A stretch of DNA of 64,000 nt, taken from Macrostomum lignano. Taxonomy: Eukaryota. Shown in pieces: positions 35,077 through 47,383 of this stretch. The notes under the pieces were generated by a model. It had not been told where the DNA came from, did not search any database, and saw only the letters and a list, made by a program, of their open reading frames with translations. The stretch is taken from the NCBI GenBank assembly GCA_002269645.1, contig NIVC01000800.1, positions 1 to 64,000 on the forward strand. The letters run 5' to 3'. Each line of letters begins with the position of its first letter. Position 1 is the stretch's first letter. Position numbers and translations under genes: made by a program.

Positions 35077-35509
35077 CTTGAATTTAGACTTCAATTATTT
35101 GCTCACTTTCAAGCTAATTTAATATTGCAAAATATTTGAGTGTTTTAACAAAGTTTACTATATGATTTGAATATTAAAACAAATTGCTTTGATACAAATT
35201 CAATTTTCAAATATTCAATAGTGAATATTTTAAGGATGGCCTATTATATTTTCTAATTATAATATCTTTTAGACAAAATTTGGAATGAATAATAGCAAAA
35301 TGCAATATGTACTTTTTTGTCATAGCCTTCTAATTAGACTGATAAAAGTTTTATACAATTATAGCATTTTGTGCCTTACTTTGCTTTTTATCTGTTATGA
35401 TTACAATTAAATTCCAAACTTATTTAATAACTAACTTAGAGTATTGCAAACTGAAGATTCTATTATTAGTATATATTTTCATTTTTTGAAAATTAGATTG
35501 TTATAGGCC

Positions 35510-36375
35510 TGGCATTACTTGGCATTTACTTGGAAAATGCCATAGGCCTAGGCCTGGCCAAGTAACTGATTACTTGGCATTACCTGGAATTTACTTAGCA
35601 TTAGTTGGCATTTACTTGGCATTACTTGGCATTAGTTGGCATTAGTTGGCATTAGTTGGCAGACACTTGGCATTAGTTGGCATTAGTTGGCACTTACTTG
35701 GCATTAGTTGGCATTAGTTGGCAGACACTTGGCATTAGTTGGCATTAGTTGGCATTAGTTGGCATTAGTTGGCATTTACTTGGCATTAGTTGGCATTAGT
35801 TGGCATTAGTTGGCATTTACTTGGCATTAGTTGGCATTAGTTGGCATTAGTTGGCATTAGTTGGCATTTACTTGGCATTAGTTGGCATTTACTTGGCATT
35901 AGTTGGCATTAGTTGGCAGACACTTGGCATTAGTTGGCATTAGTTGGCAGACACTTGGCATTAGTTGGCATTAGTTGGCATTAGTTGGCAGACACTTGGC
36001 ATTAGTTGGCATTAGTTGGCATTAGTTGGCAGACACTTGGCATTAGTTGGCATTAGTTGGCACTTACTTGGCATTAGTTGGCATTTACTTGGCATTAGTT
36101 GGCATTAGTTGGCACTTACTTGGCATTACTTGGCAGACACTTGGCATTAGTTGGCATTAGTTGGCATTAGTTGGCAGACACTTGGCATTAGTTGGCATTA
36201 GTTGGCATTAGTTGGCATTTACTTGGCATTAGTTGGCATTTACTTGGCATTAGTTGGCATTTACTTGGCATTAGTTGGCATTTACTTGGCATTACTTGGC
36301 AGACACTTAGCATTAGTTGGCATTTACTTGGCAGACACTTGGCATTAGTTGGCATTTACTTGGCATTACTTAACA
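35510..36375 (+). repeat. 10-bp satellite (TTGGCATTAG) arm, left member of a nested inverted pair
   Basis: Unique head TGGCATTACTTGGCATTTACTTGGAAAATGCCATAGGCCTAGGCCTGGCCAAG followed by TTGGCATTAG units with variant units. Confidence 0.92.
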
Positions 36376-36574
36376 CTTATTTGGCATTACTTGGTATCAG
36401 ATGGTATACACTAGTTTTCAGTTTGCATTGGGTTGGTTCAAAAATGTAAAGTGTAGTAACTATAGGACAAGCACAAATAGTATGTCTGTAGTACTATTGT
36501 CTCTGATCCTAGTCTTTCTGAGTGTCTTTCAATTTAGATGCTAATGTTAGACTTCTAAAATCCCATAAAAATTC

Positions 36575-37648
36575 ATGCTGAACCTCCTACAGACTACACC
36601 TACTGTGGACTTACCGCAGCCTGGTCCGCCACTGCCATGTCCTGATGGTTCTGTAATTGTGGTGTTTGCACTCCCACAAGATCTACCGTTGCGCAGTATA
36701 TGCCAAAGGCTTTGTGTTTGTACTCGTGGAATGACTGCGTCTTGTATTCACATTTACCGTCAGCATGGCTACAAGCGGTGTGGTAAAGACCGAGTGTCTG
36801 TTATTACTTCCATTGAGGAGCCTAAAGTGGCTGTATTTCTACATGGCGTATATGGTGGAGCAATCCATGGCGAGCACCACCAAAATGGTAAAGAGTGGCT
36901 TCGTCGTCTTTCTACACCGTCTCAGACAGTAAATTTACCTCACCAACCTTGCCTTGCTCGTACGTGCACATCACCACACATGCGACGTGTACTTCAACGT
37001 TCGCTCACCCAGTTAGCGCTCCGTGGGAATGACCGCGTTCTTCGTATGCTTCATTCTGTGGTTGATCTCTGCTCAGCTATTCCGTTACAGAACAATGAGC
37101 CCAATCATAGCCGTTATAACGAAGAGTTAGTCAATAACCTTGAAGTAAACATCGGCGATCAGGAGCTGGGCGGCGACGAGCAGGAGCTGGGCGGAGACGA
37201 GCAAGAGCTGGGCGGCGACGAGCAGGAGCTGGGCGGAGACGAGCAAGAGCTGGGCGGCGACGAGCAGGAGCTGGGCGGCGACGAGCAGGAGCTGGGCGGA
37301 GACGAGCAGGAGCTGGGCGGAGACGAGCAGGAGCTGGGCGGCGACGAGCAGGAGCTGGGCGGCGACGAGCAGGAGCTGGGCGGCGACGAGCAGGAGCTGG
37401 GCGGAGACGAGCAGGAGCTGGGCGGAGACGAGCAGGAGCTGGGCGGCGACGAGCAGGAGCTGGGCGGCGACGAGCAGGAGCTGGGCGGAGACGAGCAGGA
37501 GCTGGGCGGAGACGACCAGGAGCTGGGCGGAGACGACCAGGAGCTGGGCGGCGACGAGCAAGAGTCGGTTGTCCCGATGCAGCTGCGATCGCGGCAAGTA
37601 AAATCTCAGATGGTGCTTCGTAAACGGCGTGTGGGACGAGCAAGATGA
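36575..37648 (+). CDS. Transposon-internal hypothetical ORF (357 aa) with 19x GGDEQEL acidic repeat and basic NLS-like tail
   Basis: ~195 non-repetitive codons precede the 21-bp repeat (37169-37567). Ends VLRKRRVGRAR. No family recognised. Confidence 0.55.
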   Translation: MLNLLQTTPTVDLPQPGPPLPCPDGSVIVVFALPQDLPLRSICQRLCVCTRGMTASCIHIYRQHGYKRCGKDRVSVITSIEEPKVAVFLHGVYGGAIHGEHHQNGKEWLRRLSTPSQTVNLPHQPCLARTCTSPHMRRVLQRSLTQLALRGNDRVLRMLHSVVDLCSAIPLQNNEPNHSRYNEELVNNLEVNIGDQELGGDEQELGGDEQELGGDEQELGGDEQELGGDEQELGGDEQELGGDEQELGGDEQELGGDEQELGGDEQELGGDEQELGGDEQELGGDEQELGGDEQELGGDEQELGGDEQELGGDDQELGGDDQELGGDEQESVVPMQLRSRQVKSQMVLRKRRVGRAR

Positions 37649-39490
37649 TCTATTTAAAATTTCCATACGGATTCACTTGATCTGTGAAACCCGCACTAGC
37701 CGTACTAGAAACAATATGCATTGTGGACACAAATGTTTAAGAAACAGTTATCTCATAGACTTTTATAGTGGTTTACGGAAGCAATATCAATATAAGTGAA
37801 AGGAACTTATTTCTAAGACACTAAACTAGGATACAAGATGCGATCCATGTCTTCTGTTTGTTTTTCTGATAGAAACGAGACCCAGCAAGCTGTTAGTAGA
37901 AATCCATTTGTTAGGTCAATACGTATACGTTAGCCACATTTGGAAGAGTAAGTTTTAAAGTGTAATTCTCTCGGGGTGCTCTGCACGCATCCCGACAAAA
38001 AAATTCTGGACATTTTGGTATTCTGTACTTTTGGTAATCCATTTTGCGTCTGTAATTTTGTAATTTCTCCATTCCTTGAAATATATTGTCTTAGCTCCTA
38101 CGTGTTTCCTTTATATCCATAAGAACCATCTGATTCTTATCGATTTAGAGCAACAATAAATTTCGTAATTGACATTTATCTTAATTGACTTTTGGAACAT
38201 CTCAACTTTCACTAAATCACCCAGGATTCGCCCCGTTCTGGTCCGTGATATCGCTAAGTGCTGTGCAAATGGTGCACAAATACGTAGATAGTGAACTTTT
38301 AGGCACAGAAATGCACTATACAATGCTTTGAGATTTCTACTTTAGAATATCAAACTTTGAGATTCCAAATCTCTAAGCCGAGAAAAAGTTAAAAATAGCT
38401 CCTACTTTTTTGCCTCACTGCCTGGCGTCTCCGGAGTTTCGCTATTCGATTTCTCATGCCAAAATCATTGGGAAAGAGTCATTTTGCAAGTGTGCAATCA
38501 TTTTGAAAAAAATTCGACTTTTCAAAATCTCAGGTCAACTTACTAAAGTAATCCATGCACATACCAGCCATTCGAGCTCGAGTACATACTCGTAGAACCG
38601 CCCGACACCATCCGGACCACGCTACATTTTGATTGGGCATGCAAAATGCGTTCGAAAGACGGCAACGCGGTCGCTCAGAACCTATTAGAAGCGCTTCTAG
38701 TGGGCTAAAATAGCACATTTATTGGGTCTTATATCGATTTTTTATAAGAAATCTGCATTTAGTCTCAATATCCGACTGCCGGACCGCTAGGATAGCACAT
38801 CAGCCGCATAGCCGCATAGTGTCTGCAAGCTGCCAGCGAATACGGCGACACTTTTCATGAAAAGCGAAGCTGCCCAGTTCCTCTGAAGTGCAACAACCCA
38901 TGCACGGGTGCTCCTGGCGTGACGAAATTGGGGGGCTACATAGGAAATACTCTGGGAGGCATTAAAAATGGCTAAAATCCTCTTAAATAGATCTTTTAGA
39001 TCTCTTAGCTGGATTAAAAAAAGAAGTACCGGAATATGTTCTGGACACGAATTTGCATCAAAGAACGACGCGATAAATGAGCGAAAACGTGTCAAAATAT
39101 TCTTAATTTTTAGAAGCAAATGTACCATTAAAAACATTTACGTTATAAAACTGTCCAATAACGATTAGACTTTATTGCATAAAAGCTTTTTATTTTGAAA
39201 AGCTAAAAAAATGCCACGGTTGTCAAATGCGCATGTAAATGTTCAAGAAACAGTAAAAAAACTTCAAAATGCACAAGACATTACAATGAGACTTGTGCAA
39301 AAGAAGTTTTAAAGAAGACACAACAGACAAAACAGAGACTGCGTCTGAAAGCTATTTAAATGTCAAAAAGTAGGTACATTTGTCTCACTGTCGCCCATCG
39401 CTCCCCTTACCTCCATCTCGCCCTTCCTCAAATCCTTGCCTTAATCTGCCTTGTTCTTTCCCACAGACCTCGTGTCACTCATTATTTTTG

Positions 39491-40069
39491 AGTGTCTGCC
39501 AAGTAATGCCAAGTAAGTGCCAACTAATGCCAACTAATGCCAAGTGTCTGCCAACTAATGCCAACTAATGCCAACTAATGCCAAGTGTCTGCCAACTAAT
39601 GCCAACTAATGCCAACTAATGCCAAGTGTCTGCCAACTAATGCCAACTAATGCCAAGTGTCTGCCAACTAATGCCAACTAATGCCAACTAATGCCAAGTA
39701 AATGCCAACTAATGCCAAGTAAATGCCAACTAATGCCAACTAATGCCAACTAATGCCAACTAATGCCAAGTAAATGCCAACTAATGCCAACTAATGCCAA
39801 CTAATGCCAACTAATGCCAACTAATGCCAAGTAAATGCCAACTAATGCCAACTAATGCCAACTAATGCCAACTAATGCCAACTAATGCCAAGTAAGTGCC
39901 AACTAATGCCAACTAATGCCAAGTGTCTGCCAACTAATGCCAACTAATGCCAAGTAATGCCAAGTAAATGCCAACTAATGCTAAGTAAATTCCAGGTAAT
40001 GCCAAGTAATCAGTTACTTGGCCAGGCCTAGGCCTATGGCATTTTCCAAGTAAATGCCAAGTAATGCCA
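39491..40069 (-). repeat. Inverted copy of the 35510-36141 satellite arm
   Basis: Reverse complement of the unique head and of the variant units seen in the left arm. Confidence 0.92.
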
Positions 40070-40821
40070 ATTGGCAGCGTTCTTATCTTACAAACTACAA
40101 AAGCGATGTAATTGCAATGAAGCATATTTGTACCGCGGTAGAGCACATAGAGAGTGCAGCAGGTTTAGCTTCAGCTAAGTGGTGTCTTCCAATTCAAATG
40201 TTTCTTCCTTGTCTACGCCATCTTAAGAGCGAGTTTGAGCATGCGAATCAAGTGGAAAATTCTAGCAAGGTCATGGATAAAGAAATTTCTCTGGATGATC
40301 TGATGGAAGAGGGGAGAAGTCGAGAAGTTCGAGAAGCGGAGGAGTCTGCTCGATGGGAGGCGGAGTCTGCTCGAAGGGAAGCGGAGGAGTCTGCTCGAAG
40401 TGAGGCGGAGTCTGCTCGAAGGGAGGCGGAGTCTGCTCGAAGGGAGGCGGAGGAGTCTGCTCGAAGGGAGGCGGAGGAGTCTGCTCGAAGGGAGGCGGAG
40501 GAGTCTGCTCGAAGGGAGGCGGAGGAGTCTGCTCGAAGGGAGGCGGAGGAGTCTGCTCGAAGGGAGGCGGAGGAGTCTGCTCGAAGGGAGGCGGAGTCTG
40601 CTCGAAGGGAGGCGGAGGAGTCTGCTCGAAGGGAGGCGGAGGAGTCTGCTCGAAGGGAGGCGGAGGAGTCTGCTCGAAGGGAGGCGGAGGAGTCTGCTCG
40701 AAGGGAGGCGGAGGAGTCTGCTCGAAGGGAGGAGAAAGCCAATCGCAAAAGACGACTAGGAAGAAATGCAAATGAATTTAATGAAAGACGTTGCAAAAGC
40801 CGCAGAACCGAAAGGAAGTAA
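40054..40821 (+). CDS. Transposon-internal ORF with EAEESARR charged helical repeats (start uncertain; possibly spliced to exons in 40918-41801)
   Basis: Open 255 codons. 21/24-bp repeat at ~40333-40730 followed by [10 protein letters not shown]. Downstream open segments at 41057-41341 and 41520-41801 are on the same strand. Confidence 0.4.
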   Translation: MPSNANWQRSYLTNYKSDVIAMKHICTAVEHIESAAGLASAKWCLPIQMFLPCLRHLKSEFEHANQVENSSKVMDKEISLDDLMEEGRSREVREAEESARWEAESARREAEESARSEAESARREAESARREAEESARREAEESARREAEESARREAEESARREAEESARREAEESARREAESARREAEESARREAEESARREAEESARREAEESARREAEESARREEKANRKRRLGRNANEFNERRCKSRRTERK

Positions 40822-41804
40822 AGAAAGGACAAGTGACGCTTCTTCTGTGACGTTTTACTCTGTACTTCGTATTAAAAGCGTAGTATTTTTGTACCACTTA
40901 TAAACTATCTTCTTCAGCTAATGTCTATGAAACTTACCAATGCTTTTATCATCCATTTCTGCTTTATCGGACTGGGGAGACGATGCATTGTTCAGGACCG
41001 TTTGTACAACACGCTGCTGAATTTACTCTGGGCCTGCTCGCAACGCCAAATAACAATTGTATGAGTACGAGCTTGTTGAATTTTCTGACAGGTCATTCCG
41101 TCGTACTTTAAAATTAAACAAGAAGTGGACAGAATTTGTCTGTGAAAATGAGCCTTTAGGGGGCTTCTCTACTGCTTTTTGGATATTGCTTTGTTCACTT
41201 ATGTTCCAAAAATGTTTCGATGAAAGGCTTACTTTAAAGTGTATATTTATTTCCAATAATGTTGATGCCATTATTCGTCCTTACTGTCTCAACTTGTCTA
41301 TAGTTTTTTGTATATTACTCAACGTCTCACTGTTGCACTGACTTTAAACACCTTTCTTAGCAGTCTCACCAAATCGTGCACAAAAAATTCGACAAGTCTA
41401 TCTTCGGCGAAATCGTCGCATGACTTATACTAATTGAGGAAAAAAGTTTCTTAACTTTTCAAAATTTGCCTATTGGTCTAATAATTGTCTAATAGTGTTG
41501 AGTCCTTCGTTTTTCGGCATTGAGTGTATTAGCCACAACAGTTCCCTATGAGGCATTTTTATTGTATCTGTATCGACAGGCACCTAGAGCGGCAATAACA
41601 ATGCTGGCATGGCCCGACTTCATTTGTATGAAAAAGCAGGAAGCTCACAACAATAAATTAACCGTTCTATTTCCGTCAAAAGTGACAAACTTGTCAGAAC
41701 AGAAAACTGTCGTGTATATTAATATTTCGTTAAGAGTAGAACATGATGGCACAGTAAGAGGTTTACCAGTCATTATAAAAGGCATTGCTCATAAAAAATA
41801 GTCT

Positions 41805-42900
41805 TGCTGAAATTTCAGCTGAACTGAGGATGTACTCAAATTATTGGCCTAAAAAAGTAGCCAGCTGCAAAACTTGCGGAAGATTGAGACGACGAGTATA
41901 GAAAAAGTGACCAGGGTCAAAGTAAGGGTCCATTCACAATGACATCTGTGATCACGCGATTTGTGCGTATTTTTTTCTCTGTATGTAAGTCAATTAATTT
42001 GCGGTGTGAATGAGCCTTTAGCCATAAAAAAGAGCGCAGCAATTACGCCTGATGTTTTCGAAAACAGCAGGTAATGAGACAGCACGCACTTCTAAATCGT
42101 TGAGACAAAGGCAGCCGTAGTCTTCAGTAAACGTATAGGCAACGTAGTGGCCACTATCAACTGAACGGCCAAAGTGAACAATCGCTGCTCGGAGCTTGTA
42201 GGATTTTCCACTAAGAACAAGAGTTAGTTCGACTGGGATTGGAGAAGTTGATTTTTTAATTCCTTTTTGGCCGATAGAGACACGGCCAATGCCGATGCAC
42301 AAAAACGTTGACAATAAGGACAGCGCCTGATGGTGGCTGCACCGGCCAGTTGTGCTGAAATTTCAGCTGAACTGAGGATGTACTCAAATTATTGGCCTAA
42401 AAAAGTAGCCAGCTGCAAAACTTGCGGAAGATTGAGACGACGAGTATAGAAAAAGTGACCAGGGTCAAAGTAAGGGTCCATTCACAATGACATCTGTGAT
42501 CACGCGATTTGTGCGTATTTTTTTCTCTGTATGTAAGTCAATTAATTTGCGGTGTGAATGAGCCTTTAGCCATAAAAAAGAGCGCAGCAATTACGCCTGA
42601 TGTTTTCGAAAACAGCAGGTAATGAGACAGCACGCACTTCTAAATCGTTGAGACAAAGGCAGCCGTAGTCTTCAGTAAACGTATAGGCAACGTAGTGGCC
42701 ACTATCAACTGAACGGCCAAAGTGAACAATCGCTGCTCGGAGCTTGTAGGATTTTCCACTAAGAACAAGAGTTAGTTCGACTGGGATTGGAGAAGTTGAT
42801 TTTTTAATTCCTTTTTGGCCGATAGAGACACGGCCAATGCCGATGCACAAAAACGTTGACAATAAGGACAGCGCCTGATGGTGGCTGCACCGGCCAGTTG
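41805..42900. repeat. 548-bp direct tandem duplication covering the USP 3' end
   Basis: 41805-42352 and 42353-42900 look identical, with TGC microhomology at the junction. This yields a duplicate His-box ORF at 42018-42314. Confidence 0.9.
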
Positions 42901-45900
42901 TGCAATTTCGACACAGAATATCGGTTCGGTCTGAGGACGAAAACATCGAATCGCGCACAAGATGCGGAAAGTCGCGATCATCGCCTTCGATAACTGGCAC
43001 ACGGAGAATTGTAGTCAAATCATTGTGCTCCAAACGGGTAAGAGAGTGACACGAAGAGCACAGGAGTGTCGTACTCGACTGGAAAGTGGTATAAATTTGT
43101 CTTTACTGCACGTCAGTGTATATCATGGCTAGCCAGGAACCATGGAACCAGGGGGCAGACACTCTTCAGAAACTAGGGTCAATTGTCTAAAGAGCTCAGA
43201 CAAACTATTCTTGTTCTGTCCTAAACTGCACCTCAGCCTTTCGGAAAGAAGCATACATATTTCTATCGGGATATTGTACGCAGGGAAAAGTCGAGAACTT
43301 ACGTAGCATGAAAAATGGTCTTGAATTTCTGGGAGTGTCAGCATTGCGGTTAGAAACTCGAGAACACAATTTTCTGCTTTCGGGTCCATTCCAGCTTTGA
43401 ATGTGCACCACAGATAGGCCGGTGTGTGAAAAGTGTGCGCCGCTTGGTTGTTGCCAGTTAGAATTGCATTAACAAGAGAAATAATTGCTGGCGAATTCGG
43501 CATCACCGTTAGTGGTTGTCCAAGAGTTTTTGCGAGACATTGGCAAGCAGCATTGAATGCGCAGTATTTGCCCGTGGTATTTGGAAGTCCTATACCAATC
43601 GGCAACGGCGCCAACGAGGACGGAGCAGAAACCGCGGACGCCACTACAATATAAAAAAAGTCTGAACGACTAGACTCGTGGTATCTAGATTGAATGGATT
43701 AATTGGTGTGATAAGAGGTACTTTAGAAGGAATATACGAATGGTACGCTCCTGCATCGCTTCTCTGATTATAGTATTTACGATGGACATATGGCCCATCT
43801 AGGGGTTCTTTTTTCTCCTGGGTTAATGAGAGTACCTAAAGGAGGAACTACGAGTAATGTCGAGTATTCATATACTTGGCTCAGTCTATAAGAGGAGAGC
43901 TCACGTTCCGTTCGTAATCACGTGACAATTACAAATAATCAAGCTTCTGATTATCTAACTCTCGCTGCTTGGAGTCTATCTTATAGAAACTCTGGTCTGA
44001 GAGGTTACCTGGTTTTACCACTGCTCGAACGATGGGCGCTGCTGCTCGCACGACGGGCGCTGCTGCTGCTGCTCGCACGATGGGCGCTGCTATTCGCACG
44101 GCGGGCGCTGCTGCTGCTGCTCGCACGATGGGCGCTGCTGCTCGCACGGCGGGCGCTGCTGCTGCTGCTCGCACGATGGGCGCTGCTGCTCGCACGACGG
44201 GCGCTGCTGCTGCTGCTCGCACGATGGGCGCTGCTGTTCGCACGGCGGGTGCTGCTGCTGCTGCTCGCACGATGGGCGCTGCTGTTCGCACGGCGGGCGC
44301 TGCTGCTGCTGCTGCTAGCACGATGGGCGCTGCTGCTCGCACGATGGGCGCTGCTGCTCGCACGACGGGCGCTGCTGCTCCAATCAGCAGCTGCTGCTGC
44401 GGGTCCAATGACTGGGCAGATTGGCCGACTGGCGCTGTCGCAAATGAAGTGGTGAAGACCGTGGCTGCTGCAGACCTCGAGGGTGCCGCCATTGACGATC
44501 CCACGGCATGCTGTGAATTAGGCTGAATGGTGAGCGCTGACTTAGGTGAAGCAGCCAGGCGTTGAATTCCTGCGTTTAACCAGTAGATAGTTTCGCAAGG
44601 GTTCTGCAGTCCATCACATTAAGTACATGTAAGTATCAGTAGAGGCAGCAGCATTTTTGGTCTTACTGTCGGCTGACATTCTAATAAAATATTTTCCAAC
44701 AGTAGCGCCGATGGGTGGTGGATGACCAATTCGCTTGTTAACGATGACGCTCCGCGACGATACTGCTGCTGTATCGTTCAGGCTGTTGCGCACGGGCGTG
44801 TGAACATTTGCCACTCTCGATGCCGGCTCAGCAATTGGACTGGCACTTCGAACTGAACCGAAACCCTGCAGAAATGAAGTGGCGTAAACTGAGCAATGCG
44901 AAGGTAACGCACCAAGTAAGTAAGGTAAGACTGTAGAATAAAAAAGGCTTACAGTGCCTTCATCCATAGCGTCCAAGTCAAGATCAATTTCGATTCCAAT
45001 ACTCTTAAGCCGATAAACAAGACGTCCTCTGGTGAACTCTTCCAACAGTGGTAAAAATTCGAGCATAGACTTGGAGCGGCCGCCAAGCACGTCGCGCCTC
45101 ACTGTCCGGTGGTACACCTCGACACTTCCTTCGCTGTTACGGAAGTCACGTGTGAATGTAGTGCCAGTGAAGTAGCGCTGCGCGTCAACCATCATTCCAC
45201 TAAAGAGTGGAAAATAGGCATACATGTCAACAACACGTTTTGCCAATCTCTCGTTCACATACGCACTCTGTATAGCCATGGCGCGATCATGGCCACGTTG
45301 ACAGTCAGCCTTGATTTGCTGCAGTAAAAGAGTCGCGTGCGCGAAGAACTGCGACGAGTCACGAATTTTTGCCGAAGGCTCTGCTCCAATTTGAGAAAAT
45401 TCACATTCGTCTTCAACGTCAGTTGTTTTATCTTCACCAGACAAGAGGGCTTCAATTACGGGTTGCGCCTCTCGAGCATCGATCTGAAGCAAAACAAACA
45501 AAAAACTTTGCAGATGGCGCCGACCTTCAGCCGCATCTTGACTTGCCACAATGTTGGCAAAGCCACGCATGTACACTTTACGAATTGCAGGTTCTGCGCA
45601 TTTTACTTCCTGCCAATTGCGAAATTCGTTAATGACATGGCTCCGGCCAAGGACAATTGCAGTGCGCTGCTTAACTTGCTCCAATGTTGCTCTTAAAAAT
45701 TTTGGCACTCCTGCTTGGCCGTTGGCTGACTCTAGGCTGATCAGGTAGCACCATCGAATGTACTCCTTAATATCAAGACCGCAGAACACTCTGATGAGGG
45801 AATGCAGCGTAGGCCAGTTGAAATCGGTAACGATTTTCGCTATTCTTAGCTTTCCACAACCAGGAACTTGCTCTAAATCTTGACGCCATTTAGCTAACAT

Positions 45901-47043
45901 GCAAAGCAGTTGAGCTGTTGTGTGGTGACACGATACCGCATCAAGGACGGATACTTGACTCAATCCTTTGCCTGGATCACCTGGAAGTACAAGAGCGTAG
46001 TGGTACAACGCCTTGTCTGGCATCCCACCAGGCCAATGGCAGATCGAAGCTCCAGTTGAGTCTATGACTAGATTGATGGGGATCTTTGAACGTTTCATCG
46101 TCTGCAAAAGTTCCGCCACCAACTTCACGTGACATAAGTTGAACACTGGCGGAGTGGGGCCATCAAATTCAATCTTGACGTAAGAGCGAAGACGTTCATC
46201 ATTTTGAACTTTGAGCAGCATGTTATGTACATCACTGTCCTGGCATTGCTTTTCTTTAGACTTTTCGTAGTTTCTGATGTTCAGTAGCGTTCTTTGGGAC
46301 GGCATCTGCCGGAAATCATCGACAGACGCGGCAATAGATGCTTGAGCTGCAGCAATGGATCCCGTCTTGGTTTTCGCCTTAACTGCAGAGTCACGCACCT
46401 TTCCTGCGATGAGTGGGTGGGCGCTGGGCCCAACTTTTTGAAGAACACAGAGAACCTCACCTCGAGTGACAACTGTCCAAATGCCAGGACATCTAGATTT
46501 ATTTGTAGGCAGGATTCCTCTGCAGCTCAGCGTGTACTGCGCAATATTGTTATTCGTAAATTTACTGCGTACAATAACCAGGCTGCAGTTGTGCAAAATT
46601 CGATTCTGCAATTCTGAAATCACTGCGTTGTTAAATTTCTTTGTAGCTTGTTGGCGAATGACTGCATCTTGGTTGCTATGTATTTGCTGCCAGAGGCTAT
46701 TAAGGCCTTCTAGTTGGATGGGTGGCCATGTCGGTTTCTCAGAGTCTTCAAGCAAAGCATCATTGACAGCTTCAGGCTCTTCCATGATTTCACATTCAAG
46801 CAGGACTTCTTTGGCTGCATCAAGAACACGACGTCTATTCTGCTGCAAATCGCACCTGATGATTTTTATATCGCTTTTCGTGTACGCGGACTCACTTAAA
46901 GAGTTCATTTCATGTAAGAGCCTGTCGAAAACCTTTGAGCGAGCAACACCAGACTCGTGCATGAGAGCATCAATTGTAACAGCATCTTTAAGATTTTTCA
47001 GTGCTCGCAGAAAATCTTCATCACGACGCACACAGCTGCGTTC
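42566..47043 (-). CDS. Spliced MULE transposase-linker-USP (C19 deubiquitinase) fusion, >=1230 aa; N-terminus unresolved
   Basis: Exons 47043-44667 (optional in-frame 87-nt intron 44952-44866), 44569-44009, 43643-43303, 43078-42566, all GT-AG and phase-matched (1,1,0). Transposase motifs: NLVIDSTG (D, 46062), IVTDFNWPTLHSLIRVF (D, 45825), GRSH at the CxxH position, SEGSVEVYHRTVRR (E, 45120). USP motifs: Cys box GLPNTTGKYCAFNAACQCL, CSSC and CRNC Zn motifs, His box YKLRAAIVHFGRSVDSGHYVAY, LNDLEV, CALFY. Confidence 0.82.
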
Positions 47044-47383
47044 CTGAAAGTGCGATGTACAGGCTCCATGTTATTCAGACAAAAATGCTTATCAACAAAA
47101 TAACAGCAGCTGTTAGGATGAAGTCCTGCATTTCATCCTAGATTTTCACAGCATCAACTAACCTTCAGCGAATTCTATATGGAACTTAAAACAATGAGAT
47201 AAGAAGCATAGACTATGAAGAAAAATAATTTCATGGCTATCATAACAGCAGGATGAGCTAAAATTTAGCAAATTGTGTACTAAGCATAAATTTAATGGGA
47301 TCTCTTCTATGACGTCATAAGGGACAATGAATGAATAATAATGCATTAAACTTAAAATTTAGTTGAATAACTTAATGTTAATA

